DNA of 64,000 nucleotides from Octopus sinensis (Eukaryota): NCBI RefSeq assembly GCF_006345805.1, contig NC_043008.1, positions 59,396,001 to 59,460,000 of the forward strand, read 5' to 3'. Shown piece by piece: positions 26,573 to 38,929 of this stretch (position 1 is its first letter; each line of letters starts with the position of its first letter). The notes under the pieces were generated by a model. It saw only the letters and a program-made list of their open reading frames with translations, ran no database searches and was not told where the DNA came from. The position numbers and the translations under genes were made by a program.

Positions 26573-26640
26573 GTAAGTAGACATTTCCATTCCTTATGTG
26601 TATGACAGCATGCGTGGTTTTGTTACGTTCTATATATACA

Positions 26641-26699
<59 letters not shown>

Positions 26700-27212
26700 G
26701 CAAATATATAATATATAATATATATATAATATTATATATATATAATAATATATATATATATATATAATATATATAATATATGATATATTATATGATATAT
26801 ATATAATATATATATATATAACATACGTAATATATATATAATATATAAAATATATATATAATATGTATAATATATATATATTCACATATATATATATAAT
26901 ATATATTCACACACATACATACATACGTACGTACGTACATACATACATACATATATACATGCATGCATACATACGTAGTACAGACATGCATACATATACA
27001 CTCATATATATATATATACACACACACATAAATATATTATGTGCCTACATATCTATATATATATATATAATATATATATATTAAAAGTCTTTAAGTATGT
27101 ATAAATATATGTATTTATGTTGTATTTGTGTATGGTCTCACAGCACGCGCACATACCACACCAATGCTACACGCACGCGCACACACTACACCATACATAT
27201 ACATATATATAC

Positions 27213-27274
<62 letters not shown>

Positions 27275-27276
<2 letters not shown>

Positions 27277-27475
27277 CGGGAAGGTTTACGAAAATAAACA
27301 AAAGACGAAGGCAGGTGGAGTACAAACAAACAAATGTATTAGTATGGCGCTCAGGAATAGAAATAGAACAAGTCTTTTACGTTTCAAGCCTACGCGCTTC
27401 GACAGAAAGATACACAGAAAAAAAACAAGGAGAGAAACAAGGAGAGAAAAAAATGCGTGTAGGAGATAACGATCT
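27275..27475 (-). mobile_element. Short repeat next to (TA)n carrying a minimal hammerhead-like motif, copy 2
   Basis: Minus strand 27410-27373 reads tcttt CTGTCGA a gcgc gtag gctt GAAA cg TA aaaga. Confidence 0.72.
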
Positions 27476-27748
27476 ATCATGTATATATACACTCACACAT
27501 ATATATAGTCGTATATGTGTGGGGGATGAAGTCGCGTGGTTTAGTGGTTAAGGTGTTGCACTCTTGATCATGATACTCTGATTTAGATTCTTGGAGCAGA
27601 CGATCCATTGTGTCCTCAAGAAAAACACTTCATTTTCCCTTGCTCCAGTTCCATCCAGCTAGTAAAATTGAGTAGAATCCTGCAGCGGACCTTCAAACCA
27701 ACCTTCTGATCCCATCTTGGACAGGACCTTTGGTCCATTTTTGATAGA

Positions 27749-27878
27749 CACATACCAATATACACACATACCAATATACACACGTACCAATATACACACG
27801 TTCGGTAGACACATACCAATATACACACGTACCAATATACACACGTTCGGTAGACACATACCAATATACACACGTACG
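27749..27878. repeat. Minisatellite, ~40-bp unit built from accaatatacacac subunits
   Basis: gacacataccaatatacacacgtaccaatatacacacgttcggta repeated. Confidence 0.85.
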
Positions 27879-28410
27879 TACGTATATATTTGTATATGAA
27901 TGTATGTTTGTTAGTTTGTATAAATGATATTCCGTTCAGTTCATATTCTCTCAAATTTAGTAACATACTTTTATATATATACTGCGGTGGCTATATACAT
28001 CTAAATTTATTGCCATGTATAATTTTGCTGTCGTCTTTACTCTATATTCGAACCTGTTAGCCGTATATTCTCAACAGCGTTCTCCTTAAAGATGTTAACG
28101 AAAACATTTAAACGATACCATGTTTCGTGTCCCATCTCCGACGATACAAAGTGTTCAATCGTCGACATTTTGACCTCTCAGCTTTATCCTGACAATTGTT
28201 TTCCTATCTAATTGTTTTCGTTGTTACGGTTTACTAGTAAACTTTTGTGACGAGTGAGAAATGCTACTCCATAACCCGCCAAAGTTTCTTTAATTGCTAA
28301 CAAAGTGATCAAACTCCTCCTGTGTGTGCCGTTTTAATTTTGGGGCGTGGTTCGAAGACTGCATGTGGTACTCCTACAACACGTTTAATTACGTCTGTTG
28401 TGTTGTTTGT

Positions 28411-28630
28411 TAAGGCGGCGAGCTGGCAGACTCGTTAGCACGCCGGGCGAAATGCGTGGCCGTATTTCGTCTGCTGTTACGTTCTGAGTTCAAATTCCGC
28501 CGAGGTCGACTTTGCCTTTCATCCTTTCGGGGTCGATAAATTAAGTACCAGTTACACCCTGGGGTCGATGTAATCGACATAATCCGTTTGTCCCCTCTGT
28601 ATTTAGCCCCTTGTGGGCAGTAGTGAAATA
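28411..28630 (+). mobile_element. SINE family E, full-length monomer
   Basis: TSD ctgttgtgttgtttgt at 28395-28410 and 28631-28646; A-box-like TGGCAGACTCG, B box GTTCAAATTCC. Confidence 0.92.
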
Positions 28631-28744
28631 CTGTTGTGTTGTTTGTTATTTGTTTTTGTTTGTTTGTTTGGTTACCTGTCTGTTTCCAAACGCAAACTTT
28701 TACAATTCTTTGTTATTGCTATTTTATTAATGCTATCATTAAAC

Positions 28745-29580
28745 GAGAGACGGTGGCGAACTGGCAGAATCGTCAGCGCGCTGGATGAAATGCTTAGCGA
28801 TATTTCGACCGTCGTTTCGCTCTCTGAGTTCGAATTTCACCGAGGTCAATTTTTTCCTTTCATCCTTTCGGGGTCGATAAATTAAGTACCAGTGAAACAC
28901 TGGAGTCGATGTAATTGACTAGACTCCTACCCAGAAATCTGAGGCCTTGTGCCTTCAGCAGAAATGATTACGATGAGAAAGTGGTATTTCGCTTATCGCT
29001 ACGTTCTGAGTTCAAATTCCGCCGAGTTCGACTTTGCCTTTCATCCTTTTGAAGTCGATAAATTTAGTACCTGTGAAACATTGGGGTCGATGTAATCTAC
29101 TAGTCACCTCCCCCACCCAAATTTGAGGCTTGTGTCTCCAGCAGAATGGATTATTACAACGAGAATCTTTAGCATGCCGGACAAAATGCTTAGCGGCATT
29201 TCATCTGTCTTTACGTTCTTAATTCTAACACCACCGAGGTCGACTTTGCCTTTCATCCTTTCGGGGTCGATTAAATAAGTACCAGTTACGCACTGAGGTC
29301 GATGTAATCGGCTTAATCCCTTTGTCTGTCCTTGTTTGTCCCCTCTGTGTGTAGTCCCTTGTGGGTAGTAAAGAAATAGGAAGCGTTAGTACACCGAGAA
29401 AATGCTTGGCGGTATTTCGTCCGTCTTTACGTTTTGAATTCAAATTCTTCTGATTTCGATTTTATCTTTCATCCTTTCGGCGTCGATGAGAAAGAATAGT
29501 ACCAGTTGACCGCTGGGGCTGATGTAATCGACTGAGTTCCTTCCCACCAAATTTCTGGTCTAGTGCCAAAATTTTAAGCC
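28745..29580 (+). mobile_element. Cluster of four co-oriented family E copies
   Basis: gcctttcatcctttcggggtcgat core repeated; tail-to-A-box junction near 29378. Confidence 0.8.
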
Positions 29581-30464
29581 AATATCATTATTAGCTGCAG
29601 GATAAAAATTTCCCTTTACAGAGGAAAAGTGTGTGCGTTTGTATGTGCATGTGTGTGTGAGAGAGAGGGGGAGGGGAGCGGGAGTTGGAAGAAAACATTT
29701 TAAAACTTTGAGTCCAACATATTAGTATAAGGTTTAGTGATAAACTTTAACTCAGAGTACCAAAGTAAACACGGTGGTAGTCAATTGGCCAAGATTTCAG
29801 TCTTATTTAAACACATTCCTTAACATTCTACACTAAACTTTCCTTTTATTATTTAAGAAGCGATAAAATTTTACGTACAACTTTTGTATTAAAATCCATT
29901 TGCCCGACTCTGTGTATTTCCAAAATTTGCAGCTTACAACCTTCACATTAAATTCTATCACTACTCTTCTTTCTAATTTTGGCACGAGGCCAAAATTCTC
30001 ATAGGATGAAGGGAAATGGTTTACATCCATCCCAGTACAAAACTAGTACTTATTTTATTGATCTCGAAAAAGATGAAAGCAAAGTTAGCCTCGCCGAGAT
30101 TCGAACTCAGATAGTAAAGAGTTGGACAAATACCACAAGCCGTTTCGTACCGACGATCTAATGATTTTGCCAATCCACCGATCATAAAAACCAGAAATTT
30201 GGGAGGACCGAGGGTGTCAACTATATCGACCTGGTGCATGAGTCGCACTTTGTTTCATCAACCCCCGAAAAGATGAAAGGCAAAGTTGACCTTGCCGGTA
30301 TTTGAACTTAGAACGTAATGAGTCGGAGGAATGCCGCTAAGCATTTTATCCGACTCGCTAACGATTCTGTCAGCTCACTGCCTTTCATTCTTTTAAATGA
30401 TTATAATTACATTTCTGTATTTCCTTTGCAAGATTCTTGATGTGAAGTCAGGCGTTGAAACATA

Positions 30465-31054
30465 TATTGGTATACTTTGGGACGGTCATTTTGCCAATAA
30501 ACACACGCACTATTTATTTGAGCTTCGCTTTTATTATTATTATTGAGTGAGAGAGCAGTGCATGCCATCAAAGTGACACTGGGGTAAAATATACGAAGCC
30601 CAGTATACCCATCATGACTATCCGTCTGTTAAGGGTACACTAGGCACATGCATCACAACAATATGTGCGCGACATGGTGATCTCATATCAAGATAAACAG
30701 CGCATGACCTTGCGGGTGGGTCCCAGTTAGAATTTTTTTAGATCGAGTAGCCCATCCCACTCAAAGGGTCCCTGAATAAGGATTGTTTAAGGATGTTGAA
30801 CGAACCACCCATGTTTATTATTATTATTAATTATTATTACTATTATTATTTGTCAGAGTTCTTTCATCACATATTCTGTGACCTCTTCAATGACAGTCTG
30901 TTTTCCGTGTCACCTCAGTCATTTAAGAGGTCACAAAATGTATGACGAAAGAACTCTGACAAATAAACTAATTAAAAAATAAAACTAAAGTGGAGATCAA
31001 ATAAACAGTGCGTATGTTTTATTGGCAAAATGACCGTCCCTAAATATAGCAATA
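30465..31054. mobile_element. Fold-back (palindromic) MITE-like element interrupted by a family F copy
   Basis: 30465-30545 is an inverted repeat of ~30975-31054 (gggacggtcattttgccaataa / ttattggcaaaatgaccgtccc); inner hairpin 30846-30966. Confidence 0.8.
30545..30816 (-). mobile_element. Family F retroposon, 5'-truncated
   Basis: Reverse complement of ~41345-41617; 3' end abuts (TAT)n. Confidence 0.85.
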
Positions 31055-31324
31055 AATAATGATAGATTTTATCAAATAAAATAGCTTTTACATGCGCTGA
31101 AGCAATTTTCATGATGTGTATACATATTTATTATATCACATTGTATATCAGAATATAGCATATTTCATTATCTTTGATCTCTTAATTCTATTACGTTGGT
31201 TACGTTGATGATGGCTAGAAGTTTCCACGTAGAAGATTCAGTTAAAACGAGGTACAGACTGTACGGAGGCAAGTTCCTTGTAACTGCAAAGATAAATAAA
31301 TGTAATTAACATTGAATATTTGTG

Positions 31325-31985
31325 AGGCGGCGAGCTGACAAAATCATGAACCTGCCTGGCAAAATACTTAGCGGTATTTCACTAAGGCGGCGAGCTGGCA
31401 GAAACGTTAGCACGCCGGGCGAAATGCCAAGCGGTATTTCGTCTGCCGCTACGTTCTGAGTTCAAATTCCGCCGAGGTCGACTTTGCCTTTCATCCTTTC
31501 GGGGTCGATTAAATAAGTACCAGTTACGCACTGGGGTCGATATAATCGACTTAATCCGTTTGTCTGTCCTTGTTTGTCCTCTCTGTGTTTAGTAAAGAAA
31601 TAGGTATTTCACTCGTCTTTACTTGCTGAGTTTAAATTCCGCCGAGGTCGACATTGCCTTTCATCCTTTCGGGATAGATAAATTAGGTACCAGTTGAGCA
31701 CAGGGGTCGATGTAATAGTTTTACCCCCTACCCCAAAATTACCTGCTTTATGTCACAATTTAATACCGATATTGAATATTTGTAGGACGGCGAACTAGTA
31801 CGATCATTAGCTCGCCACCATGCTTAGCGGCATTTCCTCCATCTTAACGTTCTGAGTTAAAATGCCGCCGAGGTAGACTTAGCCTTTCATCCTTTCGGGG
31901 TACCAGTTAAGCACTTGGGTTGATGTAATACATTTACCCATTCCCCCGAAATTTCTGGCTTTGTGCCAAAATTTAAAACCAATAT
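31325..31985 (+). mobile_element. Family E cluster including a young copy (31383-31602) inserted in an older copy
   Basis: TSD ggtatttcac at 31373-31382 and 31603-31612. Confidence 0.88.
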
Positions 31986-32313
31986 TGAATATTTGTAGTG
32001 CAGTTGTAAATTGTAAAAAAAAGTTATGTTTAAGCATTTCACAGACATGTGTACCCTTAATGGAATTCTCAGACAGAATCGCCGCGGCACTGATTTTAGG
32101 CAAGGCTGACCCTTTAAATTACAGGTACAATCTATTCAAAGGGTTTCTGTACAGTTTTTGTCAACCCAATTTCAATCACAATTATTGGTCGACTTGGGAC
32201 AATAGAATGGCAGTTTTTTTTTTTTTGTATTATTTGTTTACTTCTTACTATAAAAACGCCAGGAAGCGGCCTCATTATACGAGAGAGAGAGAGAAAAAGA
32301 GACGGGGACATGG

Positions 32314-32349
<36 letters not shown>

Positions 32350-33328
32350 GGAATGACGTACATACATAAAAAGATATATTTATTCCATTTAATAATGAAT
32401 TATTCACAATGAATCCATGTTGGATATAACAGTCGTAGCTTCATTTTGCTGTTAGTTTCGAGATTATTCTATAGTTTAAACAGAAAAGGTATTGTAACGG
32501 CCCTGTTACGTTGCATTGCTCCTAAAATTTGTTAAATGAAGAAGTTTTCTTCAGACTTGGTACGAATGCCTGCAACAGAATGGAATCGCTAAATACACCC
32601 AATGACCGGGTAATATTAGGTTCAACTTTTGGCACAAAGCCAGCAGTTTTAGGGAAGAAGCTAAGTCGATTAAATCTATCCATTTCTTCAACCGGTTATT
32701 TATTTATCGACCTCGAAAGGATGGAATGAAAAGTCAACATCAGCGGGATTTGAACCCAGAACGTAAAGACAAACAAATGCCTCTAAGCATTTTGATTGGC
32801 GAGCTTAACGGATCATCTACCTCGGTGGAATTTGAACTCAATACATAAAAACCGACGAAATACCGCTAAGCATTTTTTCCGGCATGCGAACGATTCTGCC
32901 AGCTCACTGCCTTAGAATTAGGTAATATTATTGGTTTCAAATTGTGGTACATGGCCAGCAATTTGGGGGTACTGGTAAGTTGATTAGATTGATCTCCAGC
33001 GCAAGACTGGTACTTATCTTATTGACTTCGAAAGGATGAAAAGCAAAATCGACCTGGGCGGAATTTGAACTCAGAACATTAAGACTTACAAAATACTGCT
33101 AAACATTTTGCCCGGTGTGCTAACGATCTTGCCAGCTCGCCGTCTTCGGACCAAGTAATATTCTTTTCTACTCTAAGCACAAGGCCTGAAATTTTGCGGG
33201 AGGGGGCCAGTCGATTAGATCGACCCCGAAAAGATAAAAGGCAAAGTCGGTCTCGGCGGAATTTGAACTCAGAACGTAACGACAGACAAAATATCGCTAA
33301 GCATTTCGCCCGGCGAGCAAACGTTTCT

Positions 33329-34920
33329 TATTTCTTTACTGCCCACAAGAGGCTACACACAGAGGGGACAAACAAGGACAGACAAACGGATTAAGTCGAT
33401 TATATCGACACCTGTGCGTAACTGGTACTTATTTAATCGATCCCGAAACGATGAAAGGCAAAGTCAACCTCGTAATTTGATCTCACAACGTAAAGAGCAG
33501 AAATACCTATTTCTTTACTACCCACAAGGGGCTAAACACAGAGGGGACAAACAAGGACAGACAAACGGATTAAGTCGATTATATCGACACCTGTGCGTAA
33601 CTGTACTTATTTAATCGATCCGAAACGATGAAAGGCAAGTCAACCTCGTAATTTGATCTCACAACGTAAGAGCAGAAATACCTATTTCTTTACTACCCAC
33701 AAGGGGCTAAACACAGAGGGGACAAACAAGGACAGACAAACGGATTAAGTCGATTATATCGACACCTGTGCGTAACTGGTACTTATTTAATCGATCCCGA
33801 AACGATGAAAGGCAAAGTCAACCTCGTAATTTGATCTCACAACGTAAAGAGCAGAATACCTATTTCTTTACTACCCACAAGGGGCTAAACACAGAGGGGA
33901 CAACAAGGACAGACAAACGGATTAAGTCGATTATATCGACACCTGTGCGTACTGGTACTTATTAATCGATCCCGAACGATGAAAGGCAAAGTCAACCTCG
34001 TAATTTGATCTCACAACGTAAAGAGCAGAAATACCTATTTCTTTACTACCCACAAGGGGCTAAACACAGAGGGGACAAACAAGGACAGACAAACGGATTA
34101 AGTCGATTATATCGACACCTGTGCGTAACTGGTACTTATTTAATCGATCCGAAACGATGAAAGGCAAAGTCAACCTCGTAATTTGATCTCACACGTAAAG
34201 AGCAGAAATACCTATTTCTTTACTACCCACAAGGGGCTAAACACAGAGGGGACAAACAAGGACAGACAAACGGATTATCGATTATATCGACACCTGTGCG
34301 TAACTGGTACTTATTTAATCGATCCCGAAACGATGAAAGGCAAAGTCACCTCGTAATTTGATCTCACAACGTAAGAGCAGAAATACCTATTCTTTACTAC
34401 CACAAGGGGCTAAACACAGGGGACAAACAAGGACAGACAAACGGATTAAGTCGATTATATCGACACCTGTGCGTAACTGGTACTTATTTATCGATCCCGA
34501 AACGATGAAAGGCAAAGTCAACCTCGTAATTTGATCTCACAACGTAAAGAGCAGAAATACCTATTTCTTTACTACCCACAAGGGGCTAAACACAGAGGGG
34601 ACAAACAGGACAGACAAACGGATTAGTCGATTATATCGACACCTGTGCGTAACTGGTACTTATTTAATCGATCCCGAAACGATGAAAGGCAAAGTCAACC
34701 TCGTAATTTGATCTCACAACGTAAAGAGCAGAAATACCTATTTCTTTACTACCCACAAGGGGCTAAACACAGAGGGGACAAACAAGGACAGACAAACGGA
34801 TTAAGTCGATTATATCGACACCAGTGCGTAACTGGTACTTATTTAATCGACCCCAAATCGATGAAAGGCAAAGTCGACCTTGTAATTTGAACTCAGAACG
34901 TAAAGACAGCCGAAATACTG
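33329..34920 (-). repeat. SINE-derived tandem array 2: 9 units of ~177 bp from family E, within a minus-strand E cluster spanning ~32620-35088
   Basis: tatt(t)ctttact unit starts at 33329, 33508, 33683, 33861, 34036, 34213, 34388, 34562, 34739. Confidence 0.95.
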
Positions 34921-36060
34921 CTAAGCATATCGCCAGGCATGCTAACGCTTCTTATTTCTTTATTGCGCCCACAAGGGGTCAACCATAGAGGGGACAAACA
35001 AGAACAAAGGAATTAAGTCGATTACATCGACCCCAGTGGGTAACTGGTACTTAATTTATCGACCCCGAAAGGATGAAAGGCAAAGTCGCGCGTATGTGTG
35101 TATATGTGAGTCATGTATGAATTATACTGCCATTTGCTTTTATGCTCCAAAACAAAGAATGTTCTATTTAAGTAAACTGTTTCTCACAAGTGTAAGTTGT
35201 ATTGAAGAGTGTATAATGCTGGTCTGGATGTTGAGGGTTCAATTCCTTGACAAGGCAGTGCGTCGAGAGTCCTTAAACAAGACACTTCATTTCCACATTT
35301 TCAGTCTAATCAGCTGAAAATACATACCAGCCGTGCAACTCTCTCTCTCTCTCTCTCTTCTTGAACCGGATGATTTATATTATCTAGTTCGATATCTCAC
35401 TATTCTACCTTTTATTCCTGTTTCAACCGACATTATATTTCATCTATCGTTACTGATAATAACTCAAGATGTTTGAGTCAAATCATACGTAAGACTTATT
35501 GTCAACAACCGTGGCCTACCTTTATACCATAATTAAGAGTTAACACCGATAGTGATTTCTCGTATTGCAGCAATAATCTTCTGACTGTCGCTGTCCATCG
35601 CAGAATGTTTATTCATACAATCTGCCGACACAAACGTATTTCCAAAATTTGCGGCTTACAGTTTTTATTAGGAATTCACACGACCTAGCGGCATTAACAT
35701 TGCTTCGATCTGAGCTTCTAAAAAGAGCTTTAATTTAACTGCGTAAACCAATAAAACACCTAATGTGTTTACGGGGATATTGCTCTTTACAGCGACTGCA
35801 TATCCTTCAATCGTTCCTCGCTTAAATTTAAATGTTCTTAGATATCAACAGTGAAATGACTTGTTAATAAAGCCGCTGTTGAGCTGCTAAACGTTGTTGA
35901 GCCACTAAGACATTGTTGAACTGTAGCTAGGATACGAGCCGTTGGCCATTCTGCTAGCATTCCAAACTGCTATCGACTTGGGTGACTGTGAGTCACTTTT
36001 TCAATAAGATAATGAGATGTTTTTGCTGTTGACATTGTGTGATTGGAAAACATTCTCATC

Positions 36061-36468
36061 GTGGCTGTGTGGTAAGTAGCTTGCCTACCAACCACATGGT
36101 TCTGGGTTCAGTCCCACTGCGTGGCATCTTGGGCAAGTGCCTTCTGCTATAGCCCCGGGCCGACCAATGCCTTGTGAGTGGATTTGGTAGACGGAAACTG
36201 AAAGAAGCCTGTCGTATATATGTATATATATATATATATGTATGTATATGTTTGTGTGTCTATGTTTGTCCCTCTAGCATTGCTTGACAACCGATGCTGG
36301 TGTGTTTACGTCCCCGTCACTTAGCGGTTCGGCAAAAGAGACCGATAGAATAAGTACTGGGCTTACAAAGAATAAGTCCCGGGGTCGATTTGCTCGACTA
36401 AAGGCGGTGCTCCAGCATGGCCGCAGTCAAATGACTGAAACAAGTAAAAGAGTAAAAGAGTAAAGAGT
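36061..36468 (+). mobile_element. SINE family D, nearly full length, young
   Basis: Matches the consensus through the (GAGTAAAA)n tail. Confidence 0.92.
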
Positions 36469-38370
36469 ACTTCCCCAAAGAAATTCTTTATTATTCGCAG
36501 AAACAGTAAGGAATTAATCTCATTAGTTACTTTATGTGATAAATTGATTTCAAATTTTAGCTCAAGGCCCGCAATTTCGAGAGAGAGGATAAATCGATTA
36601 CATCGACCACAGCGTCAAGTTTGGAATTTTAGGTTTTGAGTTCAAATTACGTTGATGTCAATTTGCCTTTCATCCTCCCGAGTGCTAACAAAATAAAATA
36701 ACGGCAAATACTGTGGTCTAGCAAATCGACTAATTTTCTTCCGTCAAAATTGCTAGCCTCGTGCCCTATGCAGAAACCATAGTATACCTTTTCCTCCATC
36801 ACCCACAAAAGAATGAAATACAAAGTCGACTCCGGCGGAATTTGAACTCAGAACGTTAAGACGAACGAAATGTCGCTAAGCAATTTACCCGGCGTGCTAA
36901 CGATTCCGGCTAGCTCGTCACCTTATACATTGATTGATATATTGATTACGCTTATGTACAGGTTAAATTGGTCTAATGGTTAAAGCTTTGAACTCGTGAT
37001 TGTCAGGATGTGGATTCAGTTCTTGGACAGGGTAGTGCGTCGTAAAATTAAACAAAGCACTTTATTTTATGCTGCTTCACACAACTCAGCTGAAAATAAA
37101 TACCAGTAAGATCAGCGGGTTAGCTTCACAACAGAGTATTGAATGACGTCCCATCCAGTAGGAAGTTGTGAACTTTCAGTTACTTTACGTTTAAGAAAAC
37201 GAGAAAAGCATCGCTCTGATGAACCTGAAGGTCCGAAACAAATATCAGATTTTTTTTCACTGGTTATGTCACATGCTTATACTGCTCATATTTGTATAGT
37301 GACTGTGTTATTTTTTTTACGAACATGTATTGCACTCCGTAGTTATGGTCACTGCATCTCAAACAGAATAAAGTCTTCGAGTAGCTTGTTAAACATTTGT
37401 TTGTTTACAAACCGTTGAATAAAAATTTAGAAATCCAGTGTGTACAATGCTTTCAAAATAAATGCCAAACTTCCGGATTTCGTCCTTTTTTAAGATCTTG
37501 CTTGTTATATTATATTGTTTTTGTTGTTGTTGTTGTTGTTGTTTTGTTAATACATGTTCTCGTTAATGCCGTACAATCTTCAAGACAACAGACAAATGAT
37601 AAAAACGAAACCTCTGACAAACTGTGGGTTTCAATCAGTAAAAAAAAAAAAAGTAGAGAAAAATAAATGAAAAATAAAATAAAAATAAATAAATATAAAA
37701 TTTAATTAATGAAATCAACTATAAAGCTATTATACTGGTTGTTATCGTTATTATTATTTTTTTATTGTTGTTATTTTGCCGTGTAACAAAAATAATTGTC
37801 ATAAATGAAATTTTGAACAAAAGATGTTTCTTCTAATTGAGGAAATACTTGAGTCGAACATTTTTCTTCTGAAAACAAAACGATACAAAAATAAAAATAA
37901 AAAGACATACAAAAACAAAAATAAAAACACCGAGACATAAAACTAATATGTTCGTTTTAGTGTTAGTGAAATTGTTTCAACCATAGCAACGAAGTTTTCA
38001 CTAAGAGTATATAGTTATATTATTTGTTCTCTTTCCTGTTTTGTTTTGTCTTTTTTTTCCTTCATATATTTAGTTATATCTACCTGACAGTCGATTTTCC
38101 TGTGTATAATCACAACTGTTCGACCATGAACGAGCGTCGTACTACCAGAAGTATAATCCAGACGTGTTAAGTTGTCTTGGCTTCAATTCCGAATGAAAGT
38201 CAATGAAAGTGATCTCATTCAGATATTACATTAACGTCATTCGAAGAAACCAACAAAAGTTCTCTACATTCTTACTAGACCTGCTGGAAATAATAACTTA
38301 ATTTCAATCAAATCACATGCATTGTATAACGCAATAGAAATGAGACAATAGATACACTCTTTTTATATAT

Positions 38371-38649
38371 TGTTTGTTCCTTCTCGATCCACGCCTGGCT
38401 CGTAAGGGCCGGTTTTCCCGGTTTCCTTGGCGTATATGTTCCCCACCTGGACGGGTCGCAAGTGAGCTGCTAGATGCAGAGGAAAGAGTGAGAGAAATTT
38501 GTGGCGAAAGAGTCAGCAGAAATTCGCCATTACCTTCTACTGGAGCCGCGTGGAGCTTAGGTGTTTCGCGCATAAACACACACATTGCCCGGTCTGAGAT
38601 GCCTCGACCGCGAGTTCGCTTCTCTAACCACTAGGCCATGTGCCTCCAC
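38371..38649 (-). mobile_element. tRNA-derived SINE family B
   Basis: Colinear with 4247-4547. Confidence 0.85.
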
Positions 38650-38650
38650 C

Positions 38651-38718
<68 letters not shown>

Positions 38719-38929
38719 ATGAATTAAAGACGTGGTGTTCACGGCTGGATCAAGGATGAACTGAGACTAAAAACAGCTGGTACTTAGTGACAATGAAATT
38801 ATTGTTTATGAGAAGGGTTCAATAGATTCCAATAACTGATCGGTAGTTTATCGCCCTTGAAAGGATAAATGCAAAGTTAATTTTAGCAGGATTTGAACCC
38901 AGAATGTAAAGAAACAGGCGTGGCTGTGT

